Shown: positions 9,835 through 20,967, counted from the stretch's first letter. The stretch is DNA of 64,000 nt from a virus (IMGVR_UViG_3300045988_101018:61635-125634); one strand, 5' to 3'. The notes: a model not told the origin generated them from the sequence alone. Translations and numbers: made by a program.

Positions 9835-10360
9835 CGCTGGTGTTATCGTCTAGGGTAATACCAAATGGAAGGAAAACGCCCTGACAGAAAGCATCTCCCT
9901 TGTTAATACGAATCTCCTTGGCTAGACAACTGTTATTTGTCAACTTTACAAAAATATTGCCTTCATTATCAGAGTCAAAGTAATCGCCATCAATAATAGA
10001 TACAGTGTTTGCCATTGACAAACCGTATTTGAAACCAAGTCCACTACGCGGGAATCCCATCAGAACCCAGCCATCATACATCTCACAGCGAATACCAGTC
10101 GGAATCTTAATGGAGTCGTTAGGCTCAAGAACAAAGCTCATTGGAGAAAAGAAATCATAACCTGCACTCTGAGCTGTGGCACGCTTAGGGAGCTTGATAC
10201 CATTATAGATATTGCGAAGATGCTTCTCAAGCTTATCGTTATCAGTCTCGTCCTTTAGGGCATCGAAGGTATCAAGCCAATCATCGTGGAACTGATTGTA
10301 GGATACCTTAGAGAACTCAGCCATACGCTTCATATAAATCACCTTTCTTTGTTGTCGCAT
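9794..10360 (-). CDS. dut: dUTP diphosphatase (dUTPase)
   Basis: dUTPase motifs AGYD, PRSGLG, IDGDY, GxxFxQG, RNGGLGSTD; start probably internal MKRMAEF preceded by AAAGAAAGGTGA. Confidence 0.85.
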   Translation of the reverse strand: MRQQRKVIYMKRMAEFSKVSYNQFHDDWLDTFDALKDETDNDKLEKHLRNIYNGIKLPKRATAQSAGYDFFSPMSFVLEPNDSIKIPTGIRCEMYDGWVLMGFPRSGLGFKYGLSMANTVSIIDGDYFDSDNEGNIFVKLTNNSCLAKEIRINKGDAFCQGVFLPFGITLDDNTSDVRNGGLGSTDAK

Positions 10361-10378
10361 ATAACGTTAATTATTATA
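10357..10378 (-). promoter_or_regulatory. early motif copy 1 (minus-strand reading TATAATAATTAACGTTATATGC) upstream of dut
   Basis: -10-like TATAAT directly followed by TTAACGTTATATGC, then RBS AAAGAAAGGTGA. Confidence 0.5.
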
Positions 10379-10936
10379 CAGTACAATCTTATTTGTTGCT
10401 AGAGTTTTTTGAACATTTATTACACGCTGATTTGAACTTCCACACCACTTTAAAGATATGTCATTAAGCTCATCAACATATTTACCATCGACAACAACAT
10501 CGCACATAGAAACAATGTTCTTTCGAGCTGTCTTAACTTTAACAGTCTTAAAAAAGTCTAATGGGTTTAAATCATTTAACATAGCTGGCTTAAAGATTTG
10601 TTCCCATGTAAATCCAGTATACAGCCAGATTTTCTTGTCTGGAAACTTGGCTTTAATGTCTTTGATGAGAGAAAGAACATCGTATACATTTTCAGGCTCA
10701 AGCGGCTCTCCACCAAGGATGGTTACTCTGGCAACAAACGACTGCGCAACAAGCTTAAGAAACTCTTCTTTAGTCTGCTTAGTCCATTCTTTGCCACCAG
10801 TAAATCCCCATGTCTCACTGTTAAAACAGTTTTTACAATGGGCGCGGCACCCTTGTACAAAAAGAGAAACGCCGATGCCGCTGCCATTTGAAATATCCAT
10901 CTTGCGAATTAATGCATACCTAATTTTAATCACCAT
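10367..10936 (-). CDS. nrdG: anaerobic ribonucleotide reductase activating protein NrdG (radical SAM)
   Basis: VQGCRAHCKNC = CxxxCxxC cluster at N-terminus; directly downstream of nrdD; true start probably at 10900 (MDISNGSG). Confidence 0.85.
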   Translation of the reverse strand: MVIKIRYALIRKMDISNGSGIGVSLFVQGCRAHCKNCFNSETWGFTGGKEWTKQTKEEFLKLVAQSFVARVTILGGEPLEPENVYDVLSLIKDIKAKFPDKKIWLYTGFTWEQIFKPAMLNDLNPLDFFKTVKVKTARKNIVSMCDVVVDGKYVDELNDISLKWCGSSNQRVINVQKTLATNKIVLYNN

Positions 10937-11045
10937 CTTCCGCTGGCATATCGTCTACATGAAGGACACGCTCTTTAATCTCTTGAGTGCGTCCAGCATT
11001 CCAGAAGTTACTTCCAATGTCCTTACTACCCTCGGTTTCCCGATA
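10926..11045 (-). CDS. nrdD: nrdD exon 2 (C-terminal 39 aa: YRETEGSKDIGSNFWNAGRTQEIKERVLHVDDMPAEDGD)
   Basis: translated by hand; continues the glycyl-radical motif RRTCG|Y and matches NrdD C-terminal NAG...E..RV.H; no start codon of its own. Confidence 0.6.
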   Translation of the reverse strand, partial: YRETEGSKDIGSNFWNAGRTQEIKERVLHVDDMPAEDGD

Positions 11046-11710
11046 TTTATTAGGGGAGTAGACTATACAATCTAATCATTACCAATACGTTAAAGCCCAC
11101 TTATGAAACGACCAGTTTCTTCATCTCGTTTTAAATTACCAAGCGATACTGCATAGCCAACATTTTCTTTTGTGGTACACCACTCTAGATTCTCTGCCCT
11201 ATTGTCATCTCTTTGGCAATTTTTATGATTAACCACATTTTTATTATCTGGATTCGGAATAAAGTATTTCGCAACTAACCTATGAACATATAAGTCTTTG
11301 CGTTTCCCAGTTGACATCTGCCTACAACATATTCTCATATATCCATTTTTTGTTGGCCTTGGATTTATTTCGTATAATTCTGTGGTTTTGTCGTTCCTTC
11401 TTCTATTTCCCTTACCTAAATTACAATATACCTTTCCGTCATCAGAAATAAAGTATCCATCAAAATCTTCTATTGGCTTCATCATGCGCATCACCTCATT
11501 AGAGGTAATGATTAGTCGGTATTATAGTCGTTGAAGGTTTCTCCTATTTAGGAGACTTCCCTGCGTTTGATTACCCAATTCTTAACGATGTTACCATACC
11601 AAGTCCGTTACTACTCGCCGCAATTATATTACTATAATTGTTTGGTTGTTAAGACTCTAAGGGCTTCCCCGCAATTTAACCGATTTAACGTGGACTACAT
11701 TTTACTTCAA
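11046..11710 (-). mobile_element. intron-like intervening sequence in nrdD (probable group I intron) carrying an HNH endonuclease ORF
   Basis: ~665 nt between nrdD exon 1 (ends RRTCG) and exon 2 (starts YRETEG); boundaries approximate, ribozyme core not verified. Confidence 0.5.
11090..11494 (-). CDS. HNH homing endonuclease (intron-encoded)
   Basis: 134 aa; VNHKNCQRDDNRAENLEWCTTKEN HNH motif. Confidence 0.8.
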   Translation of the reverse strand: MMRMMKPIEDFDGYFISDDGKVYCNLGKGNRRRNDKTTELYEINPRPTKNGYMRICCRQMSTGKRKDLYVHRLVAKYFIPNPDNKNVVNHKNCQRDDNRAENLEWCTTKENVGYAVSLGNLKRDEETGRFISGL

Positions 11711-13891
11711 TCCACATGTTCTGCGTGCCACGCTCATTTTATCATGGTCGCGGTTGCCACAGTTGGGGCATTCCCAAACAAGCTCGCCAGTATCCTTATC
11801 CTCTACAATAAGGATCTCCTTGTCCCAACCGCACACCATACAATAATCGCTCTTTGTATTCAGCTCAGCATACATAATATTGTCATAGATAAACTGAATA
11901 ATCTGAATCACTGCATCGATATTGTTTGTTAGATTTGGCACCTCAACATAGCTAATGGCACCGCCCTGAGAAAGCTTCTGGAACTTAGACTCGATAGCAA
12001 GCTTGCTAAACGCATCGATGTGTTCAGTAACATTAACATGATAAGAGTTGGTAATATAATCCTTATCAGTGATACCCTCGATTACACCAAAGCGCTTCTT
12101 TAAACACTTTGCAAATTTGTATGTGGTAGATTCAATTGGGCTACCGTATGGACTGTAATCAATGTTCTCTGCTTCCTTCCATTGATTGCACTTATCGGTA
12201 AGAGCCTGCATTACCTCAAGTCCAAACTTCTCACCAATATCACCATCTGTATGGCTATGACCAGTCATATACTTTACACACTCATAAAGCCCAGCGTATC
12301 CAAGTGAAATTGTTGAATATCCATTGTAAAGAAGCTTGTCAATCTTTTCACCCTTGTCCAAGCGAGCAAAAGCGCCATGCTGCCAAAGGATAGGTGCTAC
12401 ATCAGATGGAGTACCCATGAGCCTATTATGACGTGCCTGTAGCGCCTTGTGACAAAGTTCAGTGCGCTCATCAAAAAGCTTCCAGAACTTATCAAAGTCG
12501 CCGCCAGACGATAGTGCAACATCAGGAAGGTTGATTGTCACAACACCTTGATTTAGGCGACCATAATACTTCGGCTTGCCATCATAGTTCTTAGCCTTTG
12601 CAATGTTATCATATCCATTACCACTACGGTCTGGGGTAAGGAACGAGCGGCACCCCATACAAGGATAACAATCCCCATTTCCAACCTCTTCGCCCTTAGA
12701 TAGCTTATATTCCTTCATCTTCTTTTCAGAAATATAATCAGGCACCATACGCTTTGCGGTACACTTGGCAGCAAGCTTAGTGAGATAGAAATACTTATCG
12801 CCCTCATGGATATTATCATCCTCAAGGACATAAAGCAGCTTCGGGAATGCAGGCGTTACCCATACGCCCTTCTCATTCTTAACGCCCTGAATGCGCTGAT
12901 TAAGAACCTCTTCAATAACTAGAGCAAGGTCGTTCTTAGTTTGCTCATCTTTTGCTTCGTTAAGATACATGTTCACAGAAAGGAATGGAGCCTGTCCATT
13001 GGTTGTCATAAGTGTTACAACTTGATACTGAATAGTCTGAACGCCGCGCTTAATCTCGTCCTTCACCATAGACTCGACAATATCATTGTAATTGGCAATC
13101 TCGTCATCTGTCTTAGGCTCATGTCCGACAAACTCAACATATGTATCCATCGCCTGCTTCTTAATCTTCTGTCGACTCACGTCAACAAAAGGAGCAAGAT
13201 GTGTAAGGCTAATTGTCTGTCCACCATACTGACTTGATGCAACCTGAGCAATAATCTGAGTGGCGATATTGCAAGCGGTGGCAAAGCTATGCGGCTTCTC
13301 AATCATAACATTAGAGATAACAGTGCCATTCTGAAGCATGTCTTCTAGGTTAATTAGGCAGCAATTACTGAGAGCATTCTGCCCAAAATAATCAATGTCA
13401 TGAAAATGAATGATGCCAGCTTCATGAGCTTCAACAACATCCTCTGGTAGCAAAAAGCGCTTGGAGATATCTTCACTTACAACGCCAGCCATATAATCTC
13501 GTTGAGTGGTGACAAGACTGGCATTCTTATTTGAGTTTTCGTTATTCCAATAATCGCTGTCTCCGCTTAGCAGCTCCATAATTGTTTCATCTGTTGTATT
13601 GACCTCACGAATAATCTTACGCTTATAACGGTACTCAACGTAATGAGAAGCCACATCTTTGCGCGAGGTTGACATAAGCTTGTTCACAACCATGTCTTGA
13701 ATATCCTCAACGGACATTTTCTCTTTCTTGATATTTGCGATTTCATTTGAAATCTTATTTGCAATTTTATTTGCGTCCTCGGTAACATCGCCATCGACTT
13801 CAATAAATGCTTTCTTAATAGCGTTTGAAATCTTGTTCTTGTCAAAAGCGTCTTCTCGTCCATTTCTCTTAATAACAAACATCATACGCAT
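11711..13891 (-). CDS. nrdD: anaerobic ribonucleoside-triphosphate reductase NrdD, exon 1 (ATP-cone + catalytic barrel, ends at glycyl-radical RRTCG)
   Basis: 727 aa; N-terminal ATP-cone (VIKRNGREDAFDKNKI), CxxC zinc ribbon CPNCGN, RRTCG glycyl radical motif then an in-frame stop 2 codons later. Confidence 0.9.
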
Positions 13892-13976
13892 TACCTCCTA
13901 ATTAAAGCATATAACTTTATTTGATACAATTAAATATTATACAGCATTTAGCCACTAATATACATAAGAATATAAA

Positions 13977-14681
13977 TTAATATTCAAAAATATTTCTGTT
14001 GTATACCTTGATAGTTTTAATGGGACTGTCCCAATCTTTTAAACAGTAAGACATGTCACCGTGGAACTTAATATCCTCATTCAGCGCATCTGAATCAACG
14101 ATAAATTCACTCATACATCCATTGTGCTTTGTGATGATATTATCTGAATCGGTATCTACATCAGCCTTTTGATCTCCCAAAATACACGGGATAACAGTAC
14201 CATTTTCAAGTATAATATCAAAATACTGACCAACATCAGATGTAAAATATGTACCGATAGCCACGATATATCTGCTATCAGCCATCCTAATACCGTATTC
14301 GCCAGTCTCAGCATAATGCTGTTGTAGCCTGTACTGTTTAGAATCGGTATTAGTTATCGTTCTATAATCCATAAAAGATTTAAATCCACTATTCTTAGGA
14401 GCATCATAAGTCTCGTAGCTTACATATTTTGCAGTTAAATCAGCGTATTCATCATCAGACTCTTCTGCTTTCTCTTTGTCTTTAATAATTACAACACTTG
14501 TATCATCGCTATCCTTGCCATCATTGTCACTATGAACTGGTTGAAATACGAAGTACAAAATACTAAATAAAAGAACCGCAAATATACTCAACATACCAAT
14601 AGACACTAGAATATCTTTATTCTTCAATCCAATCACCTCTTTGCATATAACATTAGGAGTTTGCAGTATGTATAATACCAC
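13977..14681 (-). CDS. membrane-anchored hypothetical protein (N-terminal TM helix, C-terminal globular domain)
   Basis: 234 aa ORF; likely TTG start near 14614 after RBS AAGAGGTGA; hydrophobic MLSIFAVLLFSILYFVF segment. Confidence 0.5.
   Translation of the reverse strand: MVLYILQTPNVICKEVIGLKNKDILVSIGMLSIFAVLLFSILYFVFQPVHSDNDGKDSDDTSVVIIKDKEKAEESDDEYADLTAKYVSYETYDAPKNSGFKSFMDYRTITNTDSKQYRLQQHYAETGEYGIRMADSRYIVAIGTYFTSDVGQYFDIILENGTVIPCILGDQKADVDTDSDNIITKHNGCMSEFIVDSDALNEDIKFHGDMSYCLKDWDSPIKTIKVYNRNIFEY
14643..14665 (-). promoter_or_regulatory. early motif copy 2 (TATTATAC...CTAATGTTATATGC) upstream of membrane-protein gene
   Basis: same arrangement; flanked by inverted repeat GGAGTTTG/CAAACTCC. 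Confidence 0.45.
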
Positions 14682-14696
14682 AAACTCCTATTAATA

Positions 14697-16973
14697 TTAT
14701 GCAGATTTTGTGTCACATAGACGCAACATTTTCTGCATAAACGTTCGCCTTGACAAGTTGGCCTTCTTTTTAACTGCAATATTAACAGCATCTACGGAGC
14801 CTAAATGATAACAACGAGACGTTGTACGTGTTAAAGCTACATATACCAAGTTGCTGTTGAGCATGAAGATATCGCTCTTAGAAGTACATACGATTACATT
14901 CTTAATGCCAGAACCCTGTGACTTGTGTATTGTCGAAGCATAACCGAGTCCAACCGTTGTCATAACTTCTTTCCCGTATTTAACAATGGTGCCATCGAAA
15001 TCAAGAACAACATACGAGGGACATGCGTATAAAATCTTTGCAGTCTCTCCATTTGCAATAAATGCAGTCTCATATTCTTCACCATCGACACTCTCTTTGC
15101 CGTTCTCGTCACATATTACGGCTTTATAGTTGTTTTGTTTTTGCATAACTATGTCATCGTCATAATATAATACATCTCCGACCTTCATGCAGCGCTTAGA
15201 TCCGAAATTTTTATTAACTTCTTTTTGAACCATATTATTAAGCGTATTTACACCACATTCACCTACATTTTTTGCGGTAATGATTTGAATATCTTCAATG
15301 CGCTCGCCGCTGTTTAACAACTTCTTGTATAATGCAACTGCGTTTTTTGGTATATCTTCTTTCGCAAGGTCAATAAACATATAGTCCTTATTTGCACCAA
15401 ACCATGTTGCCTTATTCTTCATATCTTTATTAAGATATTGTTTGCAGAATCGTACATCTGTCGCAACAGTTGATACACCTCCTTCACCGTAACGAAATAC
15501 TTTGGTCAATGTCGTTGTTGGGATAACTTTGCTCTGCATGAAATCATGAAACAAATTGCCGCAACCGACAGAAGGTAGCTGTGCGCTATCTCCAATGAGC
15601 AACAATTTCGTACATCCAAAATCTATTGCATCGATAAGATGCGTAAACAAATTAACACTCACCATAGAGCACTCGTCTACTACGATAACATCATAATCAA
15701 GCTTATTATTTTTATTATAAGTCCAGCCGCTTCGTGGATTATACCCACACATCCTATGAATTGTAGAAGCTTTTCGTCTTGTGAATTCCGAAAGCACCTT
15801 TGAAGCTTTCCCCGTAGGTGCGCAGAGCGCATATCTTTTCCCCCCATCATCTAACATGTTGATAACGGCCTGCATAGATGATGACTTGCCTGTTCCTGCC
15901 GCACCATTAAGAATGCTAATGTTATATTTACATAAATTCTCTACAGTGTGCATCTGTTCGTCAGAAAGCTCAAATTCTCCAATTCTGCGATATCTATCTG
16001 TATCAAAATCCCAAACGTTGTTGTCGTTATAAACATTATTTGCAATCGTTTCGGCAATGTACAATTCCTTATTGTATGTTGATGCAATGGCTGCATTCAT
16101 TGTAAATTTATCATAATAAATATTGCTATTTTGAATCGCTTCGACAAAATGATTTGCACAAGCTGGAACCATTGAGCAGCACTGTTCTCGAAGATCGGCA
16201 AGGTTCATCCTTGTATTACCTTCATCTTCATTCTCTTTAAGTAAATATACAATACAAGCTAAGCATCTATCTTTGCTAGTTTTCACATCATGCCCAAAAT
16301 CAACAGCGCCTTCTTTTTGTAGATTAAGAATAATAGAGTCAGCTGTTTTAAAACCTACACCGCTAATCATAGTAAGCATAGCATACGGTTCTTCTCTAAG
16401 GCGTTCTCTCAAAACATTTATATCGCAATAAGTATTATAGATTTTTTTAACCATACTAAGTGAAATAGTGCCTTTAAATTCATCTACAATATCGACAAGC
16501 TTAAAATTTTCGATAATCTTATTCTTGATTTTCTCAAACGTCTTATCGCCTATGCCTTTAAGCTTACTAATGTCCACCACATCGTCTTTGCCCTGCATTA
16601 CAAGGTCAAGAATGTTAGGATAGTTTGCGTAAAGAGTTTCAGCCTGATTATGAGTAAGCACCTCTTCTAGAAACGCCTTTGTGCCAGTAGCGCTAGTTGG
16701 CATGTCTCTATGAACATTAATTGCGCGATAGCTAACGCTATACTTAGTTTGTTCCTCTGTAGCAACAATATCATATTCAAGATTTATAGTAAGGTCAGAT
16801 AAATCTCCAATGAGGGAAACGTTATTGAATTTATTGTGTTTGATGTTTGGATACTTTTCTTTGTCCACATCAAGTGCATAAGTTTTGAAATTAGGAGAAG
16901 AGTAGACACATTTAACAACAGTGCCTTTGAACTCTACCTGATTGTTATCCATTGTGTCTACCCTTTCATACAT
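14697..16973 (-). CDS. RecD-like SF1 DNA helicase
   Basis: 758 aa; Walker A GAAGTGKSS, VIVVDECSMV (Walker B), HhH N-terminal region. Confidence 0.8.
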   Translation of the reverse strand: MYERVDTMDNNQVEFKGTVVKCVYSSPNFKTYALDVDKEKYPNIKHNKFNNVSLIGDLSDLTINLEYDIVATEEQTKYSVSYRAINVHRDMPTSATGTKAFLEEVLTHNQAETLYANYPNILDLVMQGKDDVVDISKLKGIGDKTFEKIKNKIIENFKLVDIVDEFKGTISLSMVKKIYNTYCDINVLRERLREEPYAMLTMISGVGFKTADSIILNLQKEGAVDFGHDVKTSKDRCLACIVYLLKENEDEGNTRMNLADLREQCCSMVPACANHFVEAIQNSNIYYDKFTMNAAIASTYNKELYIAETIANNVYNDNNVWDFDTDRYRRIGEFELSDEQMHTVENLCKYNISILNGAAGTGKSSSMQAVINMLDDGGKRYALCAPTGKASKVLSEFTRRKASTIHRMCGYNPRSGWTYNKNNKLDYDVIVVDECSMVSVNLFTHLIDAIDFGCTKLLLIGDSAQLPSVGCGNLFHDFMQSKVIPTTTLTKVFRYGEGGVSTVATDVRFCKQYLNKDMKNKATWFGANKDYMFIDLAKEDIPKNAVALYKKLLNSGERIEDIQIITAKNVGECGVNTLNNMVQKEVNKNFGSKRCMKVGDVLYYDDDIVMQKQNNYKAVICDENGKESVDGEEYETAFIANGETAKILYACPSYVVLDFDGTIVKYGKEVMTTVGLGYASTIHKSQGSGIKNVIVCTSKSDIFMLNSNLVYVALTRTTSRCYHLGSVDAVNIAVKKKANLSRRTFMQKMLRLCDTKSA

Positions 16974-19900
16974 TCATAATTTTCAAGTACAATCTCGCGC
17001 TCATCTGACTTTTGCCATTCACCATTAATCTTCTTGTTCTTGAAGTCATATGTAAATCCTTCAATCTTCAAGATAGAATACATGCCAAATGGAGTCTCCT
17101 TGAACACCTTTGACTGCTTAATTCTACACCCTATCTCTTCGCCGTCACAAATTCTACGCAAAACAAGATTGGGAGTGCAGGGATTCTTGTATGTCACAAA
17201 GCCAGTGACAATATAATAATCGTCTGCCATATTGGAGTTAACATAATTCACATAGCCAAGATAATCCATCTCCGCTCTTACTTGAGAAACAATATCAAGA
17301 GATTTATTCTCAAGTCTATTACAAAGCTCATTGATTAATCCTTGGTTATCGAGCTGTCTCCACTGTGATTTCGTCTCCTTGCCAGCATACTTTTGCATCA
17401 GATAATCAGATACGCCAAGCTCCTCCATCTTCTTTTTGGCAATGATTTTTGAGTTGGCAAACTTATCATAGATATCAACAACATCTAACAGATACCTATT
17501 CTTACCAAAGTCTGAAAAGAAATTAAGACTGATAAGGATGGTCAGCTGTCTAGAGTTAATAGATGTCTTATCTTTAATGTCTTTCAGCAGCTCCGTAAAC
17601 GAATCATACTTGTTCTTAGATAGCTCAAGTAGTTCATCTGCGATTTGACGATTACAATGCTTTACACTGGCAATGCCCTTATATACACAGTTCTCCTTCT
17701 TATCCATTGTATAATCAGCAGTTGATTTACCAAACTTAATCGGCTTAAGCTCAATACCGTTTCTCTTCGCATATGCAATGATTTCCAAACACTTGGCATC
17801 GTCTTCTGCATAAATGTTTAAAGCTGTTGTAACTGTCTCAAGCTTGTAATAACAACGTAGATAACCAACAACATAGCCAAGAAAACTATATGGTACAGCG
17901 TGATTATGTGAGAATAGATATGAACTTGCATCAATAATTACCTTGATAAAATTCTCAATAAGCCTATCTGCTTCTTCCTTCTCTACACCATACTTTTCCT
18001 TCATTGTCTTGATAAATCCTTCCTTAATCTTAGGAATAAACTTATCAGTACCAGTCTTCTTAGCAAAGCCACGGCGAACAATGTCGGCTTCTCCCATTGT
18101 GTAACCACAGAAAGAATGCAGGAACTCGATAATCTGTTCCTGATATACCAAATATCCTAGCGTTGGAGCCAAAAATTTATTTAGTGCTTCATGTCCATTA
18201 TCACGATATTTACCAATAGAAAGTTCCTCTCGATAACTTGCACCAGCAGGTCTGATTGCGCCGTTTGCCATTGACATTAGTTCGATATATGAGAAGTCTG
18301 GGTTCTTTTCTCTAATCTTCGCAATCGTCTCATCGCTAAACAGCTGCTTAATATAGTCACCTGCATATGAAGACTCAAACTGAAAAATCATAGTACAGTC
18401 ATCCCTAATCTCATTCCATACTTTCACATCATCAAATGAGATATTATCAGGAGTAATTCTAGGAATGCCAGCTAAATCACACGTCTCATTGATAAGACCA
18501 ACGCAATCAAGACCAAGAACATCAAGTTTAACAAACTGTAAACCATCAAGTTCCTTCATGTTGATTTGAGAAATCATATTGTCGTTTGATTTAGTACTAC
18601 AAAGACCAAACCACTCGTCAACAGGATAAGGAGAAACAACCAGACCAGATGGATGATTGCCAATTGATACGATTGTACCTTTTACAATATCAACATATTT
18701 AAATAGCTCTGGATATTTATCTGTATAGTAGGCATCAATGCAATCCTTCTTTTTATCATCTTGGTAAACAGCATCGCTAATAGTCTGAGTATCCTCAACG
18801 CCCATACCAAGCGCCCTGCCAACATCTTTAATAGCGCCCTTCATGGCAATAGTGTTGAATGTAACAATATCGCAGCAATACAAGCCGTCCTTATTGAACA
18901 TATAATCTCTTACTTTATATCTGTCTTTTTTAGACCAGTCTGTATCAATATCAGCAAGCGACACACGCTCTTTATTCATAAAACGTTCAAAGTTAAGGTT
19001 ATATTTAATTGAATCTACCTCTGTAATACCAAGAAGATACGCAATTACACTGCCACTTACCGATCCACGGGAATATCCATACGACACACCATGCTTTTTA
19101 AGAGCGGCCTTATAATCCTCGTCAAGTAGCAGAAAGTCAACGGCTCCATTATGCTTATATGTATCTAGCTCATATTGAATCTTCTTCTTATACTCGTCAA
19201 AGTTTGGGTATTTATCAATACCCCTCTTCTTAATGCCATCAACAATTTTCTTCTTTAACGTTCCTTCAGAATCAGCATATAGCTTAGGGTACTTCTTTGA
19301 ATAGTCAAGCTCGAACTCTTCAATAGAATCAGCCATGATATTTGTGTTATCAATTGCCTGCATATATACGTTCTCTGGTAGTGAATTCTGGATCTTATAT
19401 GCAGCAACAAGCTCGTCATAGGTCTTGAAAGTTAAATCCCAATCATCTTCATCAGAAAAGAACACGTTCTTGGCTTTTTGAAGAATCTTTCGCCCCTCAA
19501 CATGCTCGTCATTAAGGCAGTGTGTATCTGTGCCAGCAATCAGAGGAATGCCAGTCTTCATACTAATAGCATATAATGCCTTATTATATGTAATTTGGTC
19601 TATACAATTATGATGTTGAATCTCAAGATAGCATCTATCCTTATTAGTAATAAGGAATTTCATAAATCTCTTCTTTGTATCATTGCTACCCTTGTTTAAC
19701 ACACCGCCAAGACAAGCGGTTGTAATAATGATATTGTCCGATGTTGCGAACAGCTCTTCAAAAGTAATGCGCGGCATATAGTAGAAGTGATAATCGTCTC
19801 GATGAAATGACTTAGACACCATCTTATTAAGCTCTTTAACGCCATCATAGTTCTTAGCAATCAGAACACAGTGATAATTATCCCTGTGCTTGTCTTCAAC

Positions 19901-20140
19901 ATCATTGTCTTCTGTTAGGTATGCTTCTACAGCATGAATGTATTTCATACCAGCAGCTTCAATCGCTTGCTTTTTATGAACCCACTCAAAGATGCAGCCA
20001 TGCTCACTAAATGCCATCGCTTTCATACCAATGGAAGCGGCATAATCAACATACTCTGTATATTTTGTAACCGAATCCACATTAGTGACCCCATTGCTTA
20101 GATCCGAATGGCAATGATACACACAATAGTTATCCTGCAT
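16958..20140 (-). CDS. DNA polymerase III alpha-type replicative polymerase (PHP domain + polymerase core)
   Basis: 1060 aa; N-terminal PHP motifs YHCHSDLSNG, AFSEHG; size and architecture of DnaE/PolC-family. Confidence 0.85.
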   Translation of the reverse strand: MQDNYCVYHCHSDLSNGVTNVDSVTKYTEYVDYAASIGMKAMAFSEHGCIFEWVHKKQAIEAAGMKYIHAVEAYLTEDNDVEDKHRDNYHCVLIAKNYDGVKELNKMVSKSFHRDDYHFYYMPRITFEELFATSDNIIITTACLGGVLNKGSNDTKKRFMKFLITNKDRCYLEIQHHNCIDQITYNKALYAISMKTGIPLIAGTDTHCLNDEHVEGRKILQKAKNVFFSDEDDWDLTFKTYDELVAAYKIQNSLPENVYMQAIDNTNIMADSIEEFELDYSKKYPKLYADSEGTLKKKIVDGIKKRGIDKYPNFDEYKKKIQYELDTYKHNGAVDFLLLDEDYKAALKKHGVSYGYSRGSVSGSVIAYLLGITEVDSIKYNLNFERFMNKERVSLADIDTDWSKKDRYKVRDYMFNKDGLYCCDIVTFNTIAMKGAIKDVGRALGMGVEDTQTISDAVYQDDKKKDCIDAYYTDKYPELFKYVDIVKGTIVSIGNHPSGLVVSPYPVDEWFGLCSTKSNDNMISQINMKELDGLQFVKLDVLGLDCVGLINETCDLAGIPRITPDNISFDDVKVWNEIRDDCTMIFQFESSYAGDYIKQLFSDETIAKIREKNPDFSYIELMSMANGAIRPAGASYREELSIGKYRDNGHEALNKFLAPTLGYLVYQEQIIEFLHSFCGYTMGEADIVRRGFAKKTGTDKFIPKIKEGFIKTMKEKYGVEKEEADRLIENFIKVIIDASSYLFSHNHAVPYSFLGYVVGYLRCYYKLETVTTALNIYAEDDAKCLEIIAYAKRNGIELKPIKFGKSTADYTMDKKENCVYKGIASVKHCNRQIADELLELSKNKYDSFTELLKDIKDKTSINSRQLTILISLNFFSDFGKNRYLLDVVDIYDKFANSKIIAKKKMEELGVSDYLMQKYAGKETKSQWRQLDNQGLINELCNRLENKSLDIVSQVRAEMDYLGYVNYVNSNMADDYYIVTGFVTYKNPCTPNLVLRRICDGEEIGCRIKQSKVFKETPFGMYSILKIEGFTYDFKNKKINGEWQKSDEREIVLENYECMKG

Positions 20141-20154
20141 ATATGCACCCTCTC

Positions 20155-20187
20155 AATAAAAAATTAGGGGAAACAAACGTCTCCCCT
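20155..20187 (-). terminator. rho-independent terminator (AGGGGA...TCCCCT + U-run on minus strand)
   Basis: hairpin read directly; followed on minus strand by AATTTTTTATT; just upstream of polymerase RBS. Confidence 0.55.
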
Positions 20188-20234
20188 AAGTATAGCATAT
20201 ATTCGCTTTAATTTGCCTGTGTTTTATTAAAATA

Positions 20235-20531
20235 TTATCGGTTTGAAATAAAAAATGCAATTGCAAACCCAATAAGCATTATTAATATACCAGCAAAACC
20301 AGACAGCAAAATTTTAATAATCGTTATGCCGACAATTGTTGCAGTCAAAGTACCAGCATCAAAGCACTGGCAAGCGTAAATAATAGGCTCAACTAGCATT
20401 ACCCAAATGCTCACATAGAATCCGATGATAATACTAATTGCATATACGATAGCGCCAAGCCAATCACGAATCTTATTAAACATATCCATACTATTACTCT
20501 TCATCGTCATCAACAGTACAGCGCGGAACAA
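20235..20531 (-). CDS. small membrane protein (two predicted TM helices)
   Basis: 98 aa hydrophobic ORF. Confidence 0.5.
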   Translation of the reverse strand: MFRAVLLMTMKSNSMDMFNKIRDWLGAIVYAISIIIGFYVSIWVMLVEPIIYACQCFDAGTLTATIVGITIIKILLSGFAGILIMLIGFAIAFFISNR

Positions 20532-20655
20532 AAACTACATCGTCCATTACGCCGTTCTCATCATGTAGCACAACGCAATCAAGCTCATCGTTGATTGCAA
20601 GATACTCCATATCAACATCAAATTCTACCATATTAACCACCTTAAAACAATAATT

Positions 20656-20967
20656 TTATATATCAGAACGCTTAATCACATATCGGTTACACTCTTCTAC
20701 CACCCAATTGGTATCAAGTATAGCTACATTGTCACGATATTTAACCTTGATTTCTGACCCATAATAAAGAACTGGGAAATAGCTAAGCGGCGTATTCAGC
20801 AAAATAGCAAATGATTTATCCATATTGTCATCTTGATATGCCCATACGTTTTCTGGTATACCATCTCTACACTCGATTAAAACTCTAATGGTTCCATTAT
20901 CAAGCTCTTCTTTTTTAAGAGACTTCAAGAATTCAGATTTATTGCAAATCATCTTGTTGGCCTTCAT
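20656..20967 (-). CDS. hypothetical protein
   Basis: 103 aa ORF. Confidence 0.45.
   Translation of the reverse strand: MKANKMICNKSEFLKSLKKEELDNGTIRVLIECRDGIPENVWAYQDDNMDKSFAILLNTPLSYFPVLYYGSEIKVKYRDNVAILDTNWVVEECNRYVIKRSDI

Noticed and set aside
10458-11075. Plus-strand ORFs 10458..11075 and 10598..10891
   Set aside because: They lie antisense to nrdG and the nrdD exon 2, which have clear domain signatures. They are Ser/Leu-rich chance frames.
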